From positions 1 through 64,000 of the IMG/VR virus record IMGVR_UViG_3300048834_000169: a stretch of DNA of 64,000 bases; one strand, given 5' to 3'. A program made the position numbers and the translations under genes. Source of the DNA: a virus. Every line of letters begins with the position of its first letter. The first letter of the stretch is position 1. Below are positions 47,738 through 56,248 of this stretch, piece after piece. Below the pieces are notes generated by a model, which did not search any database, had not been told where the DNA came from, and saw only the letters and a program-made list of their open reading frames with translations.

Positions 47738-47742
47738 AATTG

Positions 47743-48213
47743 TTATTTAGGTAACGCTCTCACTCGAAAGCGCATTTTGCCTGAGATGTAAGTTCCCGAC
47801 ATAGCCGAAGCTGTGTACTGAAGCTGGTTTACGTTCATTGCGAACGTGACTAGGGTCTCGCCCACTTTACTGCCGACTTGAGCTATAGACCACTCGCCTG
47901 CAGCATCATTATAGTTAAAATAAAGGGTTCCAGACTCTACGAGTTCTAGTGGAGAGTCGGATATGCGCTGGATATAGTATTCGGCGGTGGCGGCCTGAAT
48001 TAGGCTAGAGTCGAGAATAAAGTCCGTGACGTCGTTTGTCCCGCTAGCCGCAATGTTTACTAAAATTTCGGGAGGTATGTCCCCCACTACCACTACGTTG
48101 GCTAGCTCTTCGCCTAAAGCCACTAAATAGTCTGTAGTATTAACACCCCACAACTCATCGTTAGGACTGGGTACCTGATAAGTTATGCCGGCTACTGTTA
48201 CTGAAACTGCCAT
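47743..48213 (-). CDS. Virion structural protein
   Basis: GAGG SD; C-terminus resembles the end of 41569..43581 (QYT...G...FR). Confidence 0.65.
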   Translation of the reverse strand: MAVSVTVAGITYQVPSPNDELWGVNTTDYLVALGEELANVVVVGDIPPEILVNIAASGTNDVTDFILDSSLIQAATAEYYIQRISDSPLELVESGTLYFNYNDAAGEWSIAQVGSKVGETLVTFAMNVNQLQYTASAMSGTYISGKMRFRVRALPK

Positions 48214-48326
48214 TAAAAGACCTCTTTTAAGATTATATCCCTAGCTAATAAGATTTGTTATGCGCGGTTAAGTGCGCGTAAGTAGACTAAATTTAAGGTA
48301 TAATAGCCGACTAAATAAACGGGGCT

Positions 48327-48917
48327 TTAGGGCATGAACTGGCGAGGCTTACATCCAGGTCGATTCATTTCTGCCCTTACGATATAATCTACATGTGCCC
48401 AGCCTTCGGTTTTACTGGGATGCTCTTGCCACATGCCTAATCTAGCTAATACTTCTTGAGCAGAGTCGGATTGCAGGATAGAGTCTAGACTACCGTCTTT
48501 ATCTGCAAAATCGATAGCTAGCCCTCTTAGGTGGCCGGATCTCTTAGCCGCGCCGGATATAGTTGCATTTACGGCAGATGGGCGAAATCCGGAAGACACC
48601 TTAGGCTTTGGTAAGTCTAATTCTCGAAATAAGGCGTTTACTTTATCTACTAAGCCCATGGCGGCTGAGCGTATCTCATACGTAAGTTCTGGGTTAGTAG
48701 CACGTTCTGGGTACTTGCCTGAGGACGTAATCCAATCGTCTAATGTTATTGCCGGCTCAGCTACGGCCACGTCTTCTTGCACTAGACGCTCTATAGGCTC
48801 GATTACGGGACTTTCTTTTACGGGGACGGAGGTAGGCCGGGGCAGGTCTTTTGTGCTTAATGATGCGCCTTTAAACACGTTTAATAGCAGTTTAAGTATG
48901 CCTATAAGCAAGTCCAT
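48327..48917 (-). CDS. Peptidase M15-family endolysin
   Basis: SSGFRP...N...GAAKRSGHLRGLAIDF...WAHVD. Confidence 0.85.
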   Translation of the reverse strand: MDLLIGILKLLLNVFKGASLSTKDLPRPTSVPVKESPVIEPIERLVQEDVAVAEPAITLDDWITSSGKYPERATNPELTYEIRSAAMGLVDKVNALFRELDLPKPKVSSGFRPSAVNATISGAAKRSGHLRGLAIDFADKDGSLDSILQSDSAQEVLARLGMWQEHPSKTEGWAHVDYIVRAEMNRPGCKPRQFMP

Positions 48918-48955
48918 TAGTACCTCGTCGTCTGGAATTGACGCTGATTCGTCTA

Positions 48956-50551
48956 CTAATATTTGTTGCCGCTGTAAACTAATTTAATCTTTCCGCAGTC
49001 ATAGACGCGCTTAAAACCATCTTTTGTGGCGTGCTCCAGTTCGGTCATTCCGGCCGGGGTGTTCACTAGGCGCTTTTGACGAGATTGCTTGGAGACTACT
49101 GAACCATCCTGGCTGGACACATAAAAATAGTCTGGGGCTAATACGTTTACCACTTCCCAGCCGGCTTTAACGTAAGATTGGCCGTCAGACAGTGTTTTGT
49201 GGACCCATGTATAGATAGCTGTGTTAAAGTGCTTAGTGGCTATTTTAGAGAATTTAGATAGTGCCCCGGCCACCGATATGTCATCCTTAAAACACAGTCG
49301 AGACAGCACGATCTCGTTTGAATTTCTATGATGACTAGAGAATGTGGCTAAACCGACTAGTTCGTTATTGTAAAAAGCTCCTAAAGATAGCTTAGAGTGT
49401 TGCGGCGCCCCTTGTATGTGATTTGCTTCGCAGAAATCTCTAGCTGTGGTCCAGTCTACTGGCCTAAACTCACACTTACGCGCTCCAATAGTAGTACTGA
49501 GGCCTAGTTTAGGTTTTAGGAAGTTTAGGACTTGCTTGCGTCGATTTAGCCATTCGTGCTTCCATATGACCATCTTACCGCGTAACTGGGGGTCTTTTAG
49601 GTCCAGTTTGTAGTCACTTATGGCCACAGACTTTAAGACATTTATTCCACTAACGCCCAGAGCCGATGCCATGTCTTGCTCAAGGTCCGGCATTCTTTTC
49701 CATACGTATCCCTTATAGGGTTTACCTGAATCGATAGACTTTTTAATAGGCGTATTTTGATACCCAGCAGCAGTGGCTTCTATGCCAGCGTCGAACACTA
49801 AAGTAGTTTTATCAGAATCTACTGGAACTGCTACAAGAGACTTTTTAATAGCGTCCCTCAATTTTTTCTTGTATTCGGGATCTTTTTTGAATTTTGCAGA
49901 TATGGTTGCAGATATACGAGCATTCTTAGCATCAAGTCTAGTTCTTTTCTCCTCTTGAGTAAGTCTGGTATATTTTACATACTTAGAGCTATATGCATTA
50001 TTGCATTCTCTGCATCTTGGATTTAATTTAGGCTGCTCTAGCACTACGCCCCTTCGTTTTCGTATTTCAGAGAAATTGGATGTTGGTAGAAGTCTTTTAC
50101 ACAGGCCACACTTTTTATGAGGCCTCCCTTCTACCATTTCTATGCGAAACGCGTTCCAAGCTGGCTTACCGGTAGGTCTCTTATTAGCTGCAGATATCTT
50201 ATCCCTTACTTCTTGAGTGAATATGACTCTTTCTGGGGTCTGAAGAACAGAGTTATACCCATTAGGAAGAAGCGCAGAGTAGTAGTTAATAAAGTACTCC
50301 TCTAGCCAATTTAGATCGATTTGGGTTTTAGCTGAAGCTAGTATACTCGTTTCAAATCCGTCCCAGGAATACTTCTTCAGAGCCCTGTAAAAAGCTTTAC
50401 AAGATGCATAGCTGCTAATGCCGTTACTTTCGTTTTTGAACCTTCTAGCCGGGTCTTGTCTAGTTTGTCCTACATATGCCTTGCCGTTATGCTTATTAAT
50501 ATGAACATAAACTATGCCGTAAGGAAGTTTATCATAATTATCTAAAGTCAT
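48956..50551 (-). CDS. GIY-YIG endonuclease fused to zinc-finger/NUMOD and a Hef-like C-terminal domain
   Basis: GIVY...AYVGQT; CGLC/CREC; GARKC...NHIQG...LSRLC...GW...PDYFY...YDCG; likely start ATG 50551 after TTGACT-17-TATGTT. Confidence 0.8.
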   Translation of the reverse strand: MTLDNYDKLPYGIVYVHINKHNGKAYVGQTRQDPARRFKNESNGISSYASCKAFYRALKKYSWDGFETSILASAKTQIDLNWLEEYFINYYSALLPNGYNSVLQTPERVIFTQEVRDKISAANKRPTGKPAWNAFRIEMVEGRPHKKCGLCKRLLPTSNFSEIRKRRGVVLEQPKLNPRCRECNNAYSSKYVKYTRLTQEEKRTRLDAKNARISATISAKFKKDPEYKKKLRDAIKKSLVAVPVDSDKTTLVFDAGIEATAAGYQNTPIKKSIDSGKPYKGYVWKRMPDLEQDMASALGVSGINVLKSVAISDYKLDLKDPQLRGKMVIWKHEWLNRRKQVLNFLKPKLGLSTTIGARKCEFRPVDWTTARDFCEANHIQGAPQHSKLSLGAFYNNELVGLATFSSHHRNSNEIVLSRLCFKDDISVAGALSKFSKIATKHFNTAIYTWVHKTLSDGQSYVKAGWEVVNVLAPDYFYVSSQDGSVVSKQSRQKRLVNTPAGMTELEHATKDGFKRVYDCGKIKLVYSGNKY

Positions 50552-50657
50552 GTATATAAACATATCACACTTAGTACACATAGTCAACTAAATAAGTTTG
50601 ATTCTATAATACTAGTGCGCTTATTCTGACAAACTACTCTTAGTTATTTTAGGCAAT

Positions 50658-50692
50658 AAAAAACCCCCGGCCTATTTCTAGGTCCGAGGGTT
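50658..50692 (-). terminator. Rho-independent terminator after the capsid gene
   Basis: AACCCTCGGACCTA-GAAA-TAGGCCGGGGGTT hairpin followed by T-run. Confidence 0.85.
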
Positions 50693-50717
50693 AGTATCGC
50701 TAATTACTTAAAATTAT

Positions 50718-53700
50718 TTAAGAATTGATGATGTTATGAATGAGAATCAGTTTACCGGGGCAAGCGACAAACAATGCTTGATCCGAATAGGCTCTGATTT
50801 CGAAGCCCGCGACGTTCGGTATAGCTAAGAAGAACGCATCTCCACCGTTGGTCTGGTCCAGAGGTTGCTTGAAGGTAATGTCGGTAGATCCAACGCGCAT
50901 CAATTCAGCTACGGGCAAGATGAAAGCGAGAGACTCTTTTACGTAAGTAGAAGGTCTGATTTCAACTCCACCGTTCTGAGCGTAGAACTTGATAGACTGA
51001 GCGCCGTTCTCTGATTTTTCAACACTGTAAGAAGAGTCGAATTTACGGAGAGCAGCTTGGTCTGTCATGAGCTTAGCCCAAGTCTTGGGGTTAACCAAGC
51101 AAAGAACGTCTTCGTCAAGGCCTTTTTCAACGCCACGAGCGATAGCTTGTTGAATTTTAGCGAAAGAGAGGTCAGCTCCGCCAGCATCATATTCAGTAGC
51201 TTTGAACAAGCTGTACTGAGAAGGGTTAATGCCGAACAAAGAAGAAGTCTCAGTCATGATAGCGTGGAGACCTTTGAATTCGTTACCCATAGAACCTTTG
51301 AAGAAGATCCTGTCGGTAGCTACAACTGTGGCCAAGTTAGAGCTCAGCGTGAGGGTGCGGTCTTCCAAATTAACTCCAGTGATTGTTCTTTCGCCGCGAA
51401 GGGTCAAAAGATCAGCAGAGTAGATTTCGATTACTGCGTTCTCAGCGCCAACCCAGATACCAGGAGCCCAGTCAGCTTGAGAAATCTCAAGTACTGAACC
51501 GGTCATAGCGTCGTCAGCTTTAGCGAGTTCTTTTTGACCGTAGAACATGACGATTTCTAATCGCTTAGCGAAAGATCGAACCATGTTAGCTACGATGAAT
51601 TTCGTGCCGCGCTCGAAAGCTGCTTTGCTAGAAGCAGAACGTGTAGCTACAGACAAAGCAATTTGAGATCGCAGAAGGAACTCATATCCTTGGATTGTAG
51701 CGTCGCGAACTGTTCCGGGAATAGCGTCGTTCAAGTTAAACGCTGTTCCAGCGGAGCCTCCGTAAGATACATGTGTTACCCTAAAGGCTTTTTATCCCTT
51801 AGTTCTTATAGTTTCCTATAAGGTCAGCATATCTTTTCACCCTCCCGAGAGGGGTTGAGGACTCGTGGGTATGTTATAGTCTAGCTAATAAAGCTAGGAT
51901 CAATACCTATGCGTTGCACGTGTATAGACATTTTAATATCTACACTTCCGTTCTGATTAACATAGTCTGAATAGTACATAAAAGTATGCGCCTTGTGCAT
52001 TTGGCGTGCGCTTCGTTTCTTACATATCTGAACAACATTGCTCTTGTGAAATCCGTCATTTTTGACATCCATTAACATGTCATAAATCTTAATAGCTCCG
52101 GTTTTTAGGCATATCGCTACTATCTTCTCTTGACTGAATTTTCTTGATATTTGCTGCTTTGTTTGTTCAGTGTGTGGACGATTAAATCCGGGCTTGAAAA
52201 TTTTAGCAGACCTTTTTATTCCGTCCGATATTCTTTTTCGAGCTAGTGGCGTGTGCTTTGTTCCGCCGTGGCCGCCGTCCTTTAGATTAAAACCATCTGG
52301 GCTCAGAGTATTATACGCTTTCACTAACAAGTATTCTGCCTCGTTCAATGATTGCTCGCTAAACGCTATAAAAAGTTCTTCAACCTTAAATGCGCCTCTT
52401 CCATACTTACGAAGAGCCATATCAATATACATTTTAGACGAAGTTTTCCAGTAATGATCATTAAATCGATCCATTACCGAATCTCTCGTAGTCTTACCTA
52501 CATAAGCTTTTCCATCGCTTATTCTGGTAATTTTATATATTGATCCAAAACGTTTCATACTTTTATTATACCTTATTAGACTTTAGTCTTCCAGGTTTTT
52601 TCCTCAATTCTCGTAAACTTATTACTAAGTCTACCGGGCTATCTTAAAGCTTTAACCCGTGTTCGTGCATTCTGTTAACCTCTATTTCTAGAGTCCTTAG
52701 ACATTTCTGCTAAGGTCTACCGTTTTATTTATGTCGGTAGTTCGGACTATCGCATCCCTCTCGGGTCTTCTCACTTAGTCTCTCAGGCTGCTTTCGCTTG
52801 CCCCTTGTTGCCCTGTTTCTCAGGATGTTCAAGTCAATCAGAGAAGATTTTACTTGGGCCAAATTAACCCAAAATTACTGGTTGATGATCTTATTGTTAT
52901 CATTAGAGTTTTTTATCTCTAACATCTTATAGTTACCTATAAGGTCAGCATACATTTTCACATTTAAGTGTCGGAAGCTCTTGCCCAGATTATATTCTCT
53001 TTCGAGGTTCACTGAGTATGCGTTACGAAGTTTTGGATTCGTTAGGTCCAATTCCCCTCGGTATTAACCTTTTATAAGGCCTTCACCGATACATCCCGAT
53101 TTTTATACGAATTTAAAGTGATATCCGCCGGTACTAATTCTTAGTCCATTACAAACTAAGCTAATTTTGCTATAGTGTAAATTTAAATCTCTAGCGGCTT
53201 CTCTAGCCGACTTATAAACTTTACCAGTTTCTAAACACATTACCGGCTTAGGTCTAATTATTTTATCCTGATGCTCTTTACTATTTTTATGTCCGAGTCT
53301 TGCAATTCTATTCTTAGCTGCGTGCTCTTCTGAAACTTTCTTGCCTTTGCGGTCTTTGGACCATCTAGCCTTCATTTCAGGGGAGTGTAAATTTGAATAG
53401 CCGTTAATCGACTTTGGGCTAACGTTTAACCCGTCTACTCTAGTATTATATTGTAATATAAGCATCTCTTCTAAAATAACTGCCTGATCCAGCGTCAAAT
53501 GCTCCTGAATAAGGACTATTTTGTAATGAGCCCTATTCCACTTACGTTTAGTAACGTGCTGAGCAAATCGTCTAGATAATGGCTGACCCGTCAGCCCTAC
53601 GTAGACCGTCTTGTCATTTATATCTTGGATTTGATATACTTTATAATTCTTCAAGGTATTGTTCCTAAAAGGATTCTACCATATAGCGGGGGCTTTTTCT

Positions 53701-53868
53701 ACCCGCAATCTCCATCTTCAACTTTTAGAGATTACCGGTTTGTTTGTCCATGGGAACGAAGTCAACTTCTTTCATGAGGACTACGTTATCAGGAACTAAG
53801 TTTTCTACTTGATTCGCATAAAGTTCTTTAAAAAATCCATTAAGTGTTGCAACTGTATTTGCTGCCAT
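50718..53868 (-). CDS. Major capsid protein, 409 aa, spliced: join complement(53727..53868, 52867..52889, 52655..52667, 50718..51769)
   Basis: Exons sum to 1230 nt in frame: MAANTVATLNGFFKELY...KQTGNL-YHQPVILG-HEHG-LSYGGSAGTAFNLNDAIPG...; AAGGA SD; downstream of the scaffold gene; strong terminator. Confidence 0.9.
51770..52654 (-). mobile_element. Group I intron 3 in the capsid gene (885 nt) with GIY-YIG ORF
   Basis: P1 CGGGU/GCCCG; P10 UAAGAUA pairs with exon-4 start UAUCUUA; P7-like CAACGCAUA...AAGAUAUGCUGA; terminal G. Confidence 0.92.
51881..52558 (-). CDS. Intron-encoded GIY-YIG homing endonuclease
   Basis: SIYKIT...AYVGKT, GFNLKDGG, NUMOD3-like HTEQTKQQIS. Confidence 0.9.
   Translation of the reverse strand: MKRFGSIYKITRISDGKAYVGKTTRDSVMDRFNDHYWKTSSKMYIDMALRKYGRGAFKVEELFIAFSEQSLNEAEYLLVKAYNTLSPDGFNLKDGGHGGTKHTPLARKRISDGIKRSAKIFKPGFNRPHTEQTKQQISRKFSQEKIVAICLKTGAIKIYDMLMDVKNDGFHKSNVVQICKKRSARQMHKAHTFMYYSDYVNQNGSVDIKMSIHVQRIGIDPSFIS
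52668..52866 (-). ncRNA. Group I intron 2 in the capsid gene (199 nt, no ORF)
   Basis: 5' junction UUGGGU/UAAUUUGGCCCAA gives P1 with U.G; core CUGAGAGACUAA...GCGAUAGUCCGA (P7 GACUA/UAGUC); ends AACAGAAUG. Confidence 0.9.
52890..53726 (-). mobile_element. Group I intron 1 in the capsid gene (837 nt) with GIY-YIG ORF
   Basis: P1 AAUCUCU/GGAGAUU; P10 UUGAAGAU vs exon-2 AUCAUCAA (7/8); core UAACGCAUA...UGUAUGCUGACC; terminal G. Confidence 0.92.
53103..53654 (-). CDS. Intron-encoded GIY-YIG homing endonuclease with NUMOD3 and C-terminal HTH (NUMOD1-like)
   Basis: KVYQI...VYVGLT; KPVMCLETGKVYKSAREAARDL. Confidence 0.9.
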   Translation of the reverse strand: MKNYKVYQIQDINDKTVYVGLTGQPLSRRFAQHVTKRKWNRAHYKIVLIQEHLTLDQAVILEEMLILQYNTRVDGLNVSPKSINGYSNLHSPEMKARWSKDRKGKKVSEEHAAKNRIARLGHKNSKEHQDKIIRPKPVMCLETGKVYKSAREAARDLNLHYSKISLVCNGLRISTGGYHFKFV

Positions 53869-54046
53869 TTTATTATTTTCCTTTTATTTAATTTTAGTTA
53901 TTGGTTGGTTTAATAAAAAGGAACTGAGATAAGCCTTGTCTCGGCGTAACGGGATGCCAGAAGCAGTAAAGTATCCTGGGTCCATAGAGTTACGCGCCTA
54001 GACGTAGCCTAAGCGCATATCCTTTACTATTACTATTTGTTATGGC

Positions 54047-55072
54047 TTATTTGCCGCGCAGCCAGTCGCGCATACTGATCTTAGCCTTCTTAGCCGGCTC
54101 AGAACTAGGTGATGCTACTTCCTTAACTTCCGCTACTTTAGGGGCAGCGGCTTTAGTCGCCTCTCTAGCCTTAGCTATCTGACGATCTCGGAGCTTTTTA
54201 ACCTTTTCAGCGCTAATATAAGCTTCTAGAGCGTCTTCGGGCAATACGTCAATATATTGCTGAATATCTCTTTGCATCTCTTTCTTAATAATATTAAGAG
54301 CTTGCTTAGGGCTAATGTCCTTATTGTTCTCGGCTGCCGTGATCATGACATCAGCTAAACGCTTAAGAACAAAGGGAGATTTAGGCAACTGAGATGCTTC
54401 AAAAGCTTCAGTGATCTGCTCTTCCAGTTGAGCTTCTTGCTGCTGCACGAGTCTTTCATATTCTGCCGCCTGACGACGCTCTTCTTCTTGCTTCATGTGT
54501 GCACGGAGGTCTTCGAGTTCGCGCTGAAGGCGTTCTTTTTCACGTACTTCAGGGCTCTTCTGATCGTCTTCGAGTTTTCTAGACAGGATCTTTTGGGCTA
54601 ATTCGATAACCTTATCTTCTGAACCTAGGATATTGGGGTCAGCGAGTACAGCTTCTGGGTTGGTTCTAAGCATTTGTACTAATTGAATGGCTTCTTGCTT
54701 AATTCTAGCCGCTTCTTCCATTCTAGATTGGCCCGCGCGCCCTAATTGAGCGTACTTGACCATTTCTTCTTTATTAAGCTCTAAAAGCTGACCGTCTACC
54801 TTGATTGTGTACTTTTCGGGGTCGGCTTTAGACTGTTTAGCGTCTACCTTAGCCGCCGCCTGCTTAACTTCTTTCTTGCTGGGCTCTGAACCCTCGCTAG
54901 AAGCCTCATTAGACGCGTTTAAAGCCTCGCCATTGGACGAAGATTCTTCGCTAGACTGATTACCTTCAAGATTAATAGACTCGTTACCTTGGGCGTTTAA
55001 ATCGGTATTAGACGCTTCTGAAGAGCTTGAGTCTGAGCTATTGATGGGGGCAGAACTGCCGTTATCTGACAT
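54047..55072 (-). CDS. Capsid scaffolding protein
   Basis: Acidic/Ser-rich N-terminus, YTIKVDG motif, long coiled coil, directly upstream of the capsid gene. Confidence 0.8.
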   Translation of the reverse strand: MSDNGSSAPINSSDSSSSEASNTDLNAQGNESINLEGNQSSEESSSNGEALNASNEASSEGSEPSKKEVKQAAAKVDAKQSKADPEKYTIKVDGQLLELNKEEMVKYAQLGRAGQSRMEEAARIKQEAIQLVQMLRTNPEAVLADPNILGSEDKVIELAQKILSRKLEDDQKSPEVREKERLQRELEDLRAHMKQEEERRQAAEYERLVQQQEAQLEEQITEAFEASQLPKSPFVLKRLADVMITAAENNKDISPKQALNIIKKEMQRDIQQYIDVLPEDALEAYISAEKVKKLRDRQIAKAREATKAAAPKVAEVKEVASPSSEPAKKAKISMRDWLRGK

Positions 55073-55163
55073 GTGATATACTCCTATGCCTATCCCTAGT
55101 TTAGGGGTAAGGTTTAAGCTAGGCGTCGCGTAATTGCGATAGCCTTATCTATATAGGATTTGT

Positions 55164-55316
55164 TTATTTGAGTAACCAGACTAGGGCGCTAATGGTAACT
55201 GCGTTTAGGATAATCGACGCTATTGCTATCCGCTTCCACTTGGATATTCTAGAGAGGGTAGCCGGCTTTAGAGTATGGGTTGCGTTCTTACTTGGGGTCA
55301 ATCTTAGTCTGGCCAT
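55164..55316 (-). CDS. 50-aa tail-anchored membrane protein (not in ORF track)
   Basis: MARLRLTPSKNATHTLKPATLSRISKWKRIAIASIILNAVTISALVWLLK; GAGGT SD. Confidence 0.6.
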   Translation of the reverse strand: MARLRLTPSKNATHTLKPATLSRISKWKRIAIASIILNAVTISALVWLLK

Positions 55317-55836
55317 CTAATACCTCGTAAATATATCTAGGACCTACTAAGTTTAAGTCCTCTGTTATACTAACACCTAACATGCTAATTATTCTTGCCG
55401 CTATTTCAGAACACACGTTCCCTTTAGTGAACGGATTCTTTATCTTGCACCCGATTTTCCTAGCTATTTTAATTATCCCAATACCTAGTACTTGTAGATG
55501 GCCATACTGCGTTCTGGAGTTATCAATGCAAAACTGGAGTATCTCTGTCTTTTCTTGAGGGCTTACCTCTAATTCAAATGTAGCTACTACTTTATTCTTT
55601 TTATTAAACGAGTGCTCATTAGTAAAATTAACCCCATCTCCGCGAGCTTCATATATAAGAGTTCTATTTAACGAGCTAGAGTGCCAACTTATGAATACGT
55701 GGCTATACGGGGTCCTTCCTTCAAATAGCCTTATCAAATGAGCTAGAACGGCTAATTTAGATTTTGGCCTAGAAAACCCTATAGTTATGTACTGTGCTCT
55801 ACTCTCCGACATATGATGTAATCCTGTCAATAGCAT
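55288..55836 (-). CDS. Permuted papain-like (YiiX/YaeF NlpC/P60) amidase
   Basis: YSHV...IYEA...YG...CSE with His-before-Cys order. Confidence 0.75.
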   Translation of the reverse strand: MLLTGLHHMSESRAQYITIGFSRPKSKLAVLAHLIRLFEGRTPYSHVFISWHSSSLNRTLIYEARGDGVNFTNEHSFNKKNKVVATFELEVSPQEKTEILQFCIDNSRTQYGHLQVLGIGIIKIARKIGCKIKNPFTKGNVCSEIAARIISMLGVSITEDLNLVGPRYIYEVLDGQTKIDPK

Positions 55837-56245
55837 ACTGCAGCTCTTCTGCGTGGTCTGGGTGCATAGGCTTAATGAGCTGAATTATACCTCTAGCGGT
55901 CTTTAATGCTCCGCCTTCAAGTACAAAACCTATATTAATTAGTTGACTAACCAATACAGCTATATCTGCTTCAGATTTATTTAGTATTAAGTTTCTAGCG
56001 CCTATTCTAGCGGTTACGTCGTCTTTAAGACTTTTTCCAAACTGAATAGCTGCCGCCACACTTTGTTGCAGCAGTGGTTTAGGTGACAGCCTATTACCAT
56101 CTAATACCCACCCTATTCCAGGCTGCGGAGTCATGTCATCTATACTTATTAACATTTGAACATTTCTAGCCACGTCGTGAATTTCATCTTCAGAGATGTC
56201 TACTATTTCTACTACTACGTTATTATCTAGTATCGCGTGCTTCAT
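55799..56245 (-). CDS. Hypothetical protein, fibre-assembly-like
   Basis: A.LDNNVVVEI...PGIGW.LDG pattern. Confidence 0.55.
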   Translation of the reverse strand: MKHAILDNNVVVEIVDISEDEIHDVARNVQMLISIDDMTPQPGIGWVLDGNRLSPKPLLQQSVAAAIQFGKSLKDDVTARIGARNLILNKSEADIAVLVSQLINIGFVLEGGALKTARGIIQLIKPMHPDHAEELQYAIDRITSYVGE

Positions 56246-56248
56246 GTG

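Noticed and set aside
48285-48305. Plus-strand promoter (TATAAT) antisense to the endolysin
   Set aside because: No credible -35 at 17 bp spacing and no extended -10; the evidence is too weak.
50718-51734. 338-aa capsid ORF starting at TTG 51734
   Set aside because: It is only part of exon 4; the true start is the ATG at 53868 with an SD.
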